Source: Candidatus Nomurabacteria bacterium (lineage in GTDB: Bacteria > Patescibacteriota > Minisyncoccia > Phycocordibacterales > UBA9973). From it: DNA of 64,000 nucleotides. The stretch spans positions 79,665 to 143,664 of the forward strand of contig CAWHSF010000003.1 of the NCBI GenBank assembly GCA_963832025.1, in the 5' to 3' direction. The position numbers and the translations under genes are program-made. Shown here in pieces: positions 55,225-64,000 of this stretch (within the stretch, counting starts at the first letter, position 1; every line of letters begins with the position of its first letter). The notes under the pieces were generated by a model that was given only the letters and a program-made list of their open reading frames with translations, did no database searches and had not been told where the DNA came from.

Positions 55225-56710
55225 AGAAACTTTTGATACTTTTCCAAAAAAGCAAATAAATAAAATATGCGTAGATTAAAAGTGTCAGGAAAAATGAAAA
55301 ATTAGACATGGTAAAAGTGGCAAATGAAAAATTGGAAAATAAATTAATGACCCACAATTGATAATGCAACAAATAATACGATATATAAGCGAAAGGAACA
55401 GCCAGTACATTGGACAACAGTCCGACAAAGCCGGTCAGAAAACCAAAAATAATCGTCATCGGGAAAAATGGCATAATTAAAATATTCGCCGGCAGGGTGA
55501 CGAAGGAAAAGGTTCCCATGTCGTAAAGAATAAATGGAGCAACAAAAATATAGATGGCAAAAGTCATCGTAATGATATCACGCAAACCAAAACGCTCTGG
55601 CACCCACAGAAAATATTTTTCAATTTTCGGCACAAAAAATATGATAGCAATTGTCCCGACAAAAGAAAGCTGAAAAGAAGCATCGTAAACCAAAACGAAC
55701 GGGTTTAGAAGAACCATCACAACACCAGTCAAAATGAGTGCTCGCGCCACATCATAATTTCTGCCGGTCACGCGAGCAAAGAGTGCCAAAGTAGCCATAA
55801 TTCCGGCTCTCACGGCGCTCGCCGCACCACCAGTCATTAAGACAAAACACCACACTGCCAAAATACCTATCCAAATACTAAAAATTACAGGCAAAAAGGA
55901 AAATAGTTTTATAAACCAGCCAGCCACCATCGTAACTTTGTAGCCGGAAAGCGTGACAAGATGTATCATGCCGGTATCTATAAAACTTTGCTTTAACGTT
56001 TGGTCAAAATTGGATTTTTCACCGAGCATCAATCCCCCGGCAAAAATAGATTCCGGGCTAGGAATCAAAAAATTTATTTTGTCCAAGAATTTTTCTTTCA
56101 GAGAAAAGAGAGCGCTCTTAATAATGTTACCATCGCCTTCTTTGATAATTTGAATCTGCGGATAGCTTGCGAGATATAAAATTCCGTCTTTGCGTAAATA
56201 ATTTATATAATCAAAAGTTTTTCCTTCGTCGGTTAAAAAATTATCCGGTTTTTTTAGTTTGCCCGTAAAATTTATCGCATCTCCATATTTAAAACTTTGG
56301 CTCAAATCTGTGGAAACCAAAACTTTTGTTGAAAAAGGTTGTACACCGGGAGCACCCGATGTCCAACCTTGAGAAATTTCCACTGTGAGTAATTGATTTG
56401 TCTGCCTGACATCCGGTTCGTCCATAATTTCTCCTTGAAATGTTTGCGTTTGCCCAACCTTTGACTCAAAAATTTTAGGCGCGCCTATATCAACCATGTG
56501 AAATCTAAAAATTCCAAAGCAAAGAGCTAAAATAAAAACTGAAGTTATAATCCCCCAGTTATTATTTTCAATAACAATAAAGAATAAAAATAAACCAGTA
56601 AAAATTAGTACGAATAAAATAATTAAATATAAATTCACAAAAACAAAAGAGCGTAATAAAACTCCCAATAAAAACCCAAAACAAATTGAATAGAAAATTC
56701 TATCCCGCAT
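55208..56710 (-). CDS. comEC: ComEC/Rec2 DNA internalisation channel (no beta-lactamase domain)
   Basis: DUF4131-like N-terminus (FDYINYLRKDGI) followed by a multi-TM competence domain. Confidence 0.8.
   Translation of the reverse strand: MRDRIFYSICFGFLLGVLLRSFVFVNLYLIILFVLIFTGLFLFFIVIENNNWGIITSVFILALCFGIFRFHMVDIGAPKIFESKVGQTQTFQGEIMDEPDVRQTNQLLTVEISQGWTSGAPGVQPFSTKVLVSTDLSQSFKYGDAINFTGKLKKPDNFLTDEGKTFDYINYLRKDGILYLASYPQIQIIKEGDGNIIKSALFSLKEKFLDKINFLIPSPESIFAGGLMLGEKSNFDQTLKQSFIDTGMIHLVTLSGYKVTMVAGWFIKLFSFLPVIFSIWIGILAVWCFVLMTGGAASAVRAGIMATLALFARVTGRNYDVARALILTGVVMVLLNPFVLVYDASFQLSFVGTIAIIFFVPKIEKYFLWVPERFGLRDIITMTFAIYIFVAPFILYDMGTFSFVTLPANILIMPFFPMTIIFGFLTGFVGLLSNVLAVPFAYISYYLLHYQLWVINLFSNFSFATFTMSNFSFFLTLLIYAYFIYLLFWKSIKSFFTVPF
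56338..56369. repeat. 32-nt palindrome ggttgtacaccgggagcacccgatgtccaacc inside comEC
   Basis: Arms match the GTTGGACATC...GGTGTACAAC family (17228, 20561) with a different core hairpin, cggg-agca-cccg. Encodes GWTSGAPGVQP. Confidence 0.75.
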
Positions 56711-56719
56711 TTAAATTAA

Positions 56720-57210
56720 TTATTTTTTAAGTTCTACTGGTTCACCTTCCGCAAAACTGGTCGCTATTTCGTCGGCTCGTTCATTCCATTTATCTTCATT
56801 GTGTCCTTTGACATAAGTCCATTTTGGTTTTATCTCCAGGACGAGTCCGTAAAGCTCTTCCCAAAGTTCGCGATTTAGAACAGGTTTTTTTGCCGCATTG
56901 CGCCAGTTATTTTTTTGCCAATTAAAAATCCATTCAGTAATTCCCAAAATTACATATTTTGAATCCGAAATAATTTCAATATCTTTTTCAGCTAGGCAAG
57001 GCCTGCTGAAGGCCTAGTTGAAATTTTGTTTACATATTTTAAGGCTTCTATTGGCGCAGTTAGTTCCATTTGATTATTGGTGGCATGGTCCGTCCTGCCA
57101 CCCAATTCAGTTATTTTCTTCCCTTGCAAGACAATCGCTCCCCACCCTGCTTTGCCTGGATTTCCTTTCGCTGCTCCATCCGTATAAATAATTATTTTTT
57201 CTTGTTTCAT
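56720..57210 (-). CDS. rnhA: ribonuclease HI, interrupted at a REP-like palindrome
   Basis: IYTDGAAKGNPGKAGWG, NNQMEL, ISDSKYV, GHNEDKWNERADE. The two ORFs meet at 56992-57017. Confidence 0.85.
56992..57017. repeat. 26-nt REP-like element ctaggcaaggcctgctgaaggcctag at the rnhA break
   Basis: Shares taggcaaggcct with the RAYT-flanking hairpin at 4876-4898. Contains TAG in both reading frames. Confidence 0.65.
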
Positions 57211-57212
57211 GG

Positions 57213-59006
57213 TTAATAAATGTCTTCTATCCTCAATCTTAACTCTTCTCTGCCTCTAAATCTAGATAAGTCAAAAGTTGCAAGCAAATCCACTCTGAGT
57301 CCTAGGGAAAGTTGTTTTTTGAAAGAATCAATGTTGGAGAAAAAAGAAATTGCCGTAGCATTACTCTTGTTGTCATCCGAAAAAGTAATTTCTAAATGCT
57401 CTCCGGAACCATTCTTGCCGAATTTTTTTAATTTTTCTATTTTCACTCCTTCAAAGAGAAAAACTGGCTTTGGATTCCCTAGTCCAAAGGGTTCCATCTT
57501 CTCCAGTTCACGCCAATTTTTCATATTTACAATATTAAGACTAGATTTAATATCGTGATTAACATCTTTTTCTATTTTGTCCCCGCCTACGCGGGCAGGT
57601 CTTTTCACTTTATGAAAAGATTTCGCAAGCGCTTCTTCCAAGAAATGAATTTTATCTTCATGCACCGTAAAACCTCCAGCCAATTCATGTCCACCGAAAT
57701 CTAAGAAGGAATCCTTACTGTCTTCCATGAGTTCCACAATAGAGACTGAACCATCACTACGACAGGAACCTTTAATGCAATTATTTTCATCTTTACCCCA
57801 GACAAAAACTGGTTTTTTGTGTTGGTCGGAAATTTTTCCAGCCACCAAGCCGAGCACCCCCACTCGCCAGCCAGGATTACCGATAACTATTACCTCTTTA
57901 TTTTCTCGCATGGGATCTGCATCAAACTTTTTATTTACCTCACGCATGATTCCCGTAACAATACTTTTTCTTTCATCATTTATTTTTGATAAATGGTCCG
58001 CAAGCACTCCACCCTCTTTCGCATCTACTGTGGAAAGAAGTTCATAAGCTCGCATCGGGTCATCCATTCGGGAGGCAGCATTTAATCTGGGAGTAACCAT
58101 AAAACCAATATCATCGGGCGACAAATATCTTTGGTCAATATTCATTTTGGCAAGAAGTTTTTGTAACCCTGGACGTGGAGATTTTTTCAGAACTTTCATG
58201 CCAAAATATGCGATAGCTCTGTTTTCGCCCGTTAAAGGAACCATATCGGAAAGCGTCGCCAGACCAGCCATGTCCAGCATCCATTTTTCAAAGCCATGAC
58301 TAGGGGCAGAGGGCAGTAAAGTTTTAGCAGCCGAGGACTGTCTGAGCAGAGCGAGTTCCGCAGGCAAGAAAATTTTGCTGTCCTCTACTCCCCCGGCTTC
58401 TTCTATGTATTTTATTAATCCCTGTATCAATTTAAAAACCACGCCAGCACCGCAAAGCATTTTTTCGGGGTAATCATCTGTCTTTGGATTCAAAATTGCA
58501 TAAGCTTTGGGTAATTTTTCTTGAGGCAAGTGGTGGTCTGTAATTATGACATCAATTCCCTCTTTTTTTGCTTGCGCAACTTCTTCTACCGCTGTAATTC
58601 CCAAATCAATTGTAATCAAAAGTTTTACTTTTGATTCTGCAAACTGTTTGACTGCCTCCATATTTAACCCATATCCCTCAGAATTTCTTTGGGGAATGTA
58701 AACCCCCACACCAAAATCTTTGGTGTGGGGGTAAACTTCGACGGGAACACCAATTTTTTTAAAGAAATCACTTAAGATAACTGCCCCCGGAATACCGTCA
58801 CAATCATAGTCCGCATAGATAATTATCTTTTCTTTTGCTGTTATAGCCTCAAATATACGAGAACAAGCCTTTGACATGTCCTTCATTAAAAATGGGTCGT
58901 GAAAATCTCGCTCGTAATTTGGATTTAAAAATATTTCAGCTTGTCCCAAGTCAGTAATCCCTCTTTTTTCTAAAATTGTTCGGAGTAATTCGGCATACTT
59001 TTGCAT
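57213..59006 (-). CDS. recJ: single-stranded-DNA exonuclease RecJ
   Basis: YADYDCDG, ITDHH, DHHA1 block GGHELAGG. Confidence 0.9.
   Translation of the reverse strand: MQKYAELLRTILEKRGITDLGQAEIFLNPNYERDFHDPFLMKDMSKACSRIFEAITAKEKIIIYADYDCDGIPGAVILSDFFKKIGVPVEVYPHTKDFGVGVYIPQRNSEGYGLNMEAVKQFAESKVKLLITIDLGITAVEEVAQAKKEGIDVIITDHHLPQEKLPKAYAILNPKTDDYPEKMLCGAGVVFKLIQGLIKYIEEAGGVEDSKIFLPAELALLRQSSAAKTLLPSAPSHGFEKWMLDMAGLATLSDMVPLTGENRAIAYFGMKVLKKSPRPGLQKLLAKMNIDQRYLSPDDIGFMVTPRLNAASRMDDPMRAYELLSTVDAKEGGVLADHLSKINDERKSIVTGIMREVNKKFDADPMRENKEVIVIGNPGWRVGVLGLVAGKISDQHKKPVFVWGKDENNCIKGSCRSDGSVSIVELMEDSKDSFLDFGGHELAGGFTVHEDKIHFLEEALAKSFHKVKRPARVGGDKIEKDVNHDIKSSLNIVNMKNWRELEKMEPFGLGNPKPVFLFEGVKIEKLKKFGKNGSGEHLEITFSDDNKSNATAISFFSNIDSFKKQLSLGLRVDLLATFDLSRFRGREELRLRIEDIY
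58702..58732. repeat. 31-nt CCCCCACAC-family palindrome inside recJ
   Basis: acccccacaccaaa-atc-tttggtgtgggggt. Encodes ...YPHTKDFGVGVY... between the DYDCDG region and IPQRNSEGYG. Confidence 0.85.
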
Positions 59007-59043
59007 AAATGCAATTTTAACATACTTTGCTATAATCTATCAT

Positions 59044-59448
59044 ATGGAGAATTGTATTTTTTGCAAAATTTCAAAAGGGGAAATATTACCTGATAAGATT
59101 TATGAGGATAAAAACTTTTTAGCTTTTCTTGATATTAAACCAGTTTCTCACGGACATATTCTAATAATTCCAAAAGAACATATTGTCTGGATGCAAGATG
59201 CGAATGATGAAACAATTTCAAAAATTTTTATACTGACTAAAAAAATAATGGTTGCCATGAAGAAAGGTTTGAAATGCGATTTTGTGCTCGAAAGCGTTGC
59301 CGGCAACGAAGTTCCTCATTTTCATATTCATTTAATTCCTAGATATCTTAACGATGGTTTACAAGAATTTCCAAGAATTGAATATAGTAGTGACGAACAT
59401 CAAAAAGAAATTAAAGAAAAAATTATTGCAGAGCTTGCCCGTCCTTAG
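59044..59448 (+). CDS. HIT-family nucleotide hydrolase
   Basis: Histidine triad HFHIHLIPR. TATAAT (59031-59036) lies 7 nt upstream of the ATG. Confidence 0.85.
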   Translation: MENCIFCKISKGEILPDKIYEDKNFLAFLDIKPVSHGHILIIPKEHIVWMQDANDETISKIFILTKKIMVAMKKGLKCDFVLESVAGNEVPHFHIHLIPRYLNDGLQEFPRIEYSSDEHQKEIKEKIIAELARP

Positions 59449-59450
59449 CT

Positions 59451-60473
59451 TTAGCGATGGAGGGCTTTAATTCCCGGCAAGGTTCCGTTTGCCAAGAAAT
59501 CCAAGGTGGCTCCGCCCCCGGTAGAAACAAAGGAAAATTTCTTTTGCATTTTCATTTCGGAGATTAGAGCCACTGTATCTCCTCCACCGATAATACTTTC
59601 GGCTTTACTGTTCCCGACAAATTTCAATATTTTTTTTGTTGCCATTGCGCCACCATCCTCATACTTGCCAAGTGGACCATTCCATAGAATGAGTTTGGAT
59701 TTTTTAATAACTGCTTCAAGATTTTTTACCGATTCTTTCCCGATATCGATGATGGCCTCTTTTTTTGTCACAAAATCAGTAGGTAAAATTAGCTTTTTAT
59801 TCTTTAAAATTCCTCCGATTCCGTAATTTGTGTCATCAACAAGAGATTTACCTACATTATATCCTTTAGCTTTTAAAAAATCATTTGCCAGAGCTCCACC
59901 GACAAAAACATGGTCGGCTAATTTTAAATATTTTTTAATTAAAGGCATTTTGGTGGAAAATTTAGCTCCGCCTAGAATAAACAGGAATGGATGTTTAGGA
60001 TTTTTAAAAGCGTGCGATAAATTTTTTACTTCTTCTTCTAATTGAAAACCGGCATAAGCAGGCAGAAGTTTAGGCAAGAGAACAATTGAAGCATGAGCTC
60101 GGTGGGAAACCGAAAAAGCATCATTTACGTAAATGTCTCCCATTTTTGCCAGTTTTTTGGCAAAAAACAAATCGTTCTTTATTTCTCCCGGGAATTTTCT
60201 GACATTTTCAAAAAAGGTAACTTTGTCTTTCTTTATTTTTGAAATTTTAAAAAAACTGTTAATCACTGGGGTTAGGCTGGCTGTCCCATCTTTGCCCAGA
60301 TGTGTAATTAAAATTATCTTTGCGCCTTTTTTAAGTAAAAAATTTACGGTGGGAAGGGCAGCTTTAATACGAAAATTATCTTCTATAATGCCATTTTTCA
60401 TCGGCACATTAAAATCGACTCTAAGTAGCACTGTTTTTCCTTTTAAATTTTTTATTTGTCTAATGCTTCGCAT
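59451..60473 (-). CDS. pgk: phosphoglycerate kinase (short)
   Basis: LLRVDFNVP, DAFSVSHRAHAS, GGGDTV, STGGGATL. Confidence 0.88.
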   Translation of the reverse strand: MRSIRQIKNLKGKTVLLRVDFNVPMKNGIIEDNFRIKAALPTVNFLLKKGAKIILITHLGKDGTASLTPVINSFFKISKIKKDKVTFFENVRKFPGEIKNDLFFAKKLAKMGDIYVNDAFSVSHRAHASIVLLPKLLPAYAGFQLEEEVKNLSHAFKNPKHPFLFILGGAKFSTKMPLIKKYLKLADHVFVGGALANDFLKAKGYNVGKSLVDDTNYGIGGILKNKKLILPTDFVTKKEAIIDIGKESVKNLEAVIKKSKLILWNGPLGKYEDGGAMATKKILKFVGNSKAESIIGGGDTVALISEMKMQKKFSFVSTGGGATLDFLANGTLPGIKALHR

Positions 60474-61231
60474 ATTTTTACAATTTGTGAAAACTTTTTC
60501 GCATCCAAAGAAGCGCGACCGACCAAGAGACCATCCACTCCGCCATTTTTCAAAAAATTTTCGGCATCTTTTTCATTTACCGAACCGCCGTAAAGAATTT
60601 TTATCTTTCCCGCATCTTTCCCAAATTTATCAAAAAGGTTTCTGCGAATAAAAATAGCCATTTCACTGGAATCATTTGCTGTGGCATCTTTTCTGTCTTT
60701 TGTCGTAGAGATGGCCCAAATCGGCTCATAAGCGACAATTATTTTATGCGCAGAATTTTTTGAAACTCCTGCTAAGCAACTTTCCAACTGTGTTTTGATT
60801 AAATTGAAATAATCATGAGCTTCATCTCGTACGTTCTCTCCCACACATAAAACTGGTCGGAGTCCCATCGCAAGAGATGATTTTATTTTTTTATTTATAT
60901 CATTATTCGTTTCTCCCAAAGCTCTCCTCTCCGAATGGCCCAATATCACATATCTAACACCAATATTGTAAAGCATCTCAGCTGAAACTTCTCCAGTGGA
61001 AGCGCCCACATCTCCAGGAAAAGTGTTTTGCGCTCCCAGCATTATTTTTTGGGAAATTTTTTTTAGTTTTTGCAAATACAAAAACGGTGGGCAGACAATA
61101 ATTTCTGTTTTTTTGATACCAATAACATTCTTGGCCGTATCGTTAAACAATCTTTCCGCTTCTTTCAGGGAACGTGGATTCATTTTCCAATTAGCGCAGA
61201 TTATTTTTTTTGTAATTTTACTCTTTATCAT
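60452..61231 (-). CDS. tpiA: triose-phosphate isomerase
   Basis: CANWKMN, LGHSERR, AYEPIWAI, YGGSV. Confidence 0.88.
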   Translation of the reverse strand: MIKSKITKKIICANWKMNPRSLKEAERLFNDTAKNVIGIKKTEIIVCPPFLYLQKLKKISQKIMLGAQNTFPGDVGASTGEVSAEMLYNIGVRYVILGHSERRALGETNNDINKKIKSSLAMGLRPVLCVGENVRDEAHDYFNLIKTQLESCLAGVSKNSAHKIIVAYEPIWAISTTKDRKDATANDSSEMAIFIRRNLFDKFGKDAGKIKILYGGSVNEKDAENFLKNGGVDGLLVGRASLDAKKFSQIVKICEALDK

Positions 61232-61267
61232 ATAGCAAATTATATCATAATGCGTTAAAATATAAAC

Positions 61268-63052
61268 ATGAATCAAAAGGGTTTTTCTCTTGTTGAAAGC
61301 CTGGTGGCTATAGCGATTTTTGTGACGATGGCTCTAGTAGTAACTGAAGCAATTTTTTTAATTTACAAAGATGCAGCCACAAATTGGCAAAACATTACCA
61401 TTTCTTCTTTAGCAAGACAGTACCTGGAAGATGCAAGAAATATTCCCTATGCTCAGATAGGAACAATTCAAGGAAATCCTCATGGTAATTTGCCGGATGC
61501 TTTTAATCCAAATACCACAACCATCAGCAACACAACTTATCAAATCTATTATGAAGTGACTTATGTGGATGATCCAGCCGATGGCACAGCGCTCCTTGGC
61601 ACTGACTCCGCCCCAGATGATTACAAGCAAGTAAAATTATCGGTCAAAAACGTAACCACCGGCCAAATAGACAGTTTTGTCACAAATATTGTCCCTAGTG
61701 GATTGGAAAATATGACGAATGGCGGTTCACTTTCTTTGAGTGTCATAGATGCAGTGGGTCAACCGGTAGCAGGTGCAACAATAAATATCACTAACAATTT
61801 ATTAAATCCGAGCATAAATTTATCAAGAATAAGTGATGCAAACGGAAATTGGGTTGAAGTTGGATTGCCTGACAGTGTTAATGGTTACCATATTGTTGTG
61901 ACAAAAAATGGTTATTCCACTGATCAAACTTACCCGATAACTGGACAAAATCCGAGTCCGATAAAGCCGGATGCAACGATTGCGAACGGACAAGTCACAA
62001 AAATAAGTTTTGCAATTGATCAAACTAGTAATTTAACTTTTAACACCTTAAATCAAACTTGTGGTCCTATTTCTGGAGTTGGAATGGAAATCAAAGGAGC
62101 AAAATTAATCGGCACTCCAAACGTTGTAAAATACGACAACACTTTCACGTCAAACGGTAGCGGGCAAGTGACCCTCAACAATATCGAATGGGATAATTAT
62201 ACCCCCGCCCTGACTGGTAACACTTACATGATTTACGGCTCTTCCCCCATTCAACAAATTAATCTCCTGCCAAACACAACCCAGCTCTTTAATTTAATTC
62301 TTGGCACGAAAACCACAAATAGCTTATTGGTAATTGTAAAAAATTCATCAACCGGCAATCCGATAGAAGGAGCAACCGTGAACCTGACAAATAGTAGCCC
62401 TTCGGTAAACACAAGCGGAGTGACTGGTGGAAGTTTATGGAGCCAACAGTATTGGAACGGAGGTTCTGGACAAGCAAACTGGAGCGATACGACAAAATAC
62501 TGGGCAGACAGCGGAGGAATAAGCACCACAAACACTCCCCTCGCCATCCGACTCTTAACCAGTAACGGACAAACCGTGGTAAATTCCGCCTATTTGGATT
62601 CATCAACTTTTGACACGGGGAGTGGAAGCACTACTTATACCACCCTAAACTGGCAACCAACTTCACAAAGTCCTGCCGCGACCGTTAAGTTTCAAATAGC
62701 TACCAACAACGACAATGCCACTTGGAATTTTATCGGCCCAGATGGAACATCGGGAACATATTATACGACATCAGGTTCAAGCATAGGTTCTGCCAACAAC
62801 AATAATCGATACGTGAGATATAGAGCTTTTCTTTCAACAACCAACAACACGCAGAATCCTACGATTACCAGCGTCGGCGTCAATTATGTTTCCGGCTGTT
62901 TTACGCCAGGACAAGTTTTCTTTCCTGGGCTCACATCTTCGACATATTATGGAGTAGCCACAAGCATGACAGGCTACACGACAAAAACAGTTTCTAACTT
63001 GAGCATAAGTGGCTATCAGGTATTACAAGTATTGTTAACACCAAGTTCATGA
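61268..63052 (+). CDS. large type IV pilin-like protein (prepilin N-terminus plus CarboxypepD_reg-like repeats)
   Basis: MNQKGFSLVESLVAIAIFV prepilin-type cleavage/methylation motif. TAAAAT lies 6 nt upstream of the ATG. Confidence 0.75.
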   Translation: MNQKGFSLVESLVAIAIFVTMALVVTEAIFLIYKDAATNWQNITISSLARQYLEDARNIPYAQIGTIQGNPHGNLPDAFNPNTTTISNTTYQIYYEVTYVDDPADGTALLGTDSAPDDYKQVKLSVKNVTTGQIDSFVTNIVPSGLENMTNGGSLSLSVIDAVGQPVAGATINITNNLLNPSINLSRISDANGNWVEVGLPDSVNGYHIVVTKNGYSTDQTYPITGQNPSPIKPDATIANGQVTKISFAIDQTSNLTFNTLNQTCGPISGVGMEIKGAKLIGTPNVVKYDNTFTSNGSGQVTLNNIEWDNYTPALTGNTYMIYGSSPIQQINLLPNTTQLFNLILGTKTTNSLLVIVKNSSTGNPIEGATVNLTNSSPSVNTSGVTGGSLWSQQYWNGGSGQANWSDTTKYWADSGGISTTNTPLAIRLLTSNGQTVVNSAYLDSSTFDTGSGSTTYTTLNWQPTSQSPAATVKFQIATNNDNATWNFIGPDGTSGTYYTTSGSSIGSANNNNRYVRYRAFLSTTNNTQNPTITSVGVNYVSGCFTPGQVFFPGLTSSTYYGVATSMTGYTTKTVSNLSISGYQVLQVLLTPSS

Positions 63053-63663
63053 GGAAAAAATCCGGATTTACTTTAATAGAAACACTTTTAACCATATTTA
63101 TATTCGGTCTTTTGATGATGGGAACAACATTAATGATAAAAGATATTTTTTCGGTCAGTGAGCAACAAAATGGAATTCTTTCAAACACCAATCAAGCTAC
63201 TTTAATTTCCAGCACCTTTGCCAACGAGATTCGTAATGCGACCTACGGAGCAAATGGCGCGTATCCGATAAATCAAGCGAGTAATACCCAATTGATTTTT
63301 TATTCTACCGGAGATAACACAAATGGAACCGTATCACAAATCCGATATTACATATCTGGGAATACTTTATATAAAGGCGTTACCAATCCTGGAGGTAGTC
63401 CCTTGTCTTATGTCGGGCAAACAGAAAATATCACCACTCTATCCACGCAGATGTCTATGGGCAATAATCCTTTATTTTATTATTATGATGGAACTTATAA
63501 TGGAAGTGGCAGTGCTTTGACTCAACCGGTTAACATTAATGCGATAAGATTTATAAAAATAAATTTAATAGTCAATAAAGATGTCACGCCTACCGGTGCC
63601 AGCACCTTTACCGTAACTGCCGGAGCAAGCATTAGAAATTTAAAAACAAATTTAGGTAATTAG
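63049..63663 (+). CDS. type IV pilin-like / pseudopilin protein
   Basis: MRKKSGFTLIETLLTIFIFGLL motif. ATGA overlap with the upstream gene. Confidence 0.75.
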   Translation: MRKKSGFTLIETLLTIFIFGLLMMGTTLMIKDIFSVSEQQNGILSNTNQATLISSTFANEIRNATYGANGAYPINQASNTQLIFYSTGDNTNGTVSQIRYYISGNTLYKGVTNPGGSPLSYVGQTENITTLSTQMSMGNNPLFYYYDGTYNGSGSALTQPVNINAIRFIKINLIVNKDVTPTGASTFTVTAGASIRNLKTNLGN

Positions 63664-63668
63664 AAATT

Positions 63669-64000
63669 ATGTCAAAGCAAAATCAAAAAAATAATGGCGA
63701 TGTCTTGGTGCTTTTGCTGATTATTATTGCGGTTTTCTCAATCGTGATGCCACCAATAATTTCTTGGGCTATCACTACGAATAATTTAATCAAGGAAACT
63801 GTCAGTAAAGAACAAGCTTTACAGATAGCAGAGGCTGGAATAAATTATTACCAATGGCATTTGGCGCATTTCCCCACTGACTACAAAGATGGCACAAATA
63901 CAAACGGACCTTATGTGCATAATTACGTAGATACAGACACACAAAATATTTTAGGGCAATATAGTTTGACTATCACTCCACCATCCAACGGAAGCACAAT
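63669..64000 (+). CDS. PilX-like minor pilin / pilus assembly protein, partial (runs off the window)
   Basis: MSKQNQKNNGDVLVLLLIIIAVFSIVMPP...KEQALQIAEAGINYYQWHLA. Open to the window end and not in the ORF track. Confidence 0.5.
   Translation, partial: MSKQNQKNNGDVLVLLLIIIAVFSIVMPPIISWAITTNNLIKETVSKEQALQIAEAGINYYQWHLAHFPTDYKDGTNTNGPYVHNYVDTDTQNILGQYSLTITPPSNGST

Noticed and set aside
3482-60651. Numerous ORFs antisense to or overlapping the long genes (e.g. 3482-3871, 7011-7385, 18223-18732, 28302-29008, 46556-47032, 53600-54091, 60133-60651)
   Set aside because: These are shadow ORFs opposite or out of frame with well-supported conserved genes. They have low-complexity or Phe/Ser/Leu-rich translations typical of non-coding frames in AT-rich DNA.

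Overview
AT-rich, tightly packed bacterial window, mostly minus-strand housekeeping genes. Gene content (ComEC, RecA/RecO/RecJ/SSB, type IV pilin-like proteins, huge secreted wall-binding proteins, few metabolic genes) suggests a reduced-genome Patescibacteria/CPR-like organism; that lineage call is inference only. The left edge holds a partial 23S rRNA gene with no 16S upstream. A 526-nt intervening sequence sits at the tip of its helix 45 and carries one near-canonical tRNA and two tRNA-like units in rRNA orientation. This is the most unusual feature I can support. The second theme is heavy colonisation by at least eight families of short GC-rich palindromic (REP/RPE-like) elements, alongside two RAYT-type HUH tyrosine transposase genes. 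The elements delimit single-gene cassette-like units (4.1-6.0 kb, 19.4-22.3 kb, 36.2-37.3 kb). They often carry a GTGGATAAC (DnaA-box-like) flank. Several lie inside protein-coding genes in frame (purH, ileS twice, recJ, comEC, a 288-aa ORF, the ftsK C-terminus), and one coincides with a break in rnhA. IleRS also carries an inserted histidine-phosphatase (PGAM-like) domain. Other candidates are a small structured RNA gene (3179-3310) and widespread -10 boxes 6-9 nt from start codons, which suggests leaderless mRNAs. A 3.7-kb surface-protein paralog is badly decayed. About a dozen housekeeping genes (recA, glyQS, argS, tmk, glyA, rnhA, tatD and others) have single indels, mostly in homopolymers, which look more like assembly or sequencing errors than biology. 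No CRISPR array, cas genes, integrase or prophage was seen.
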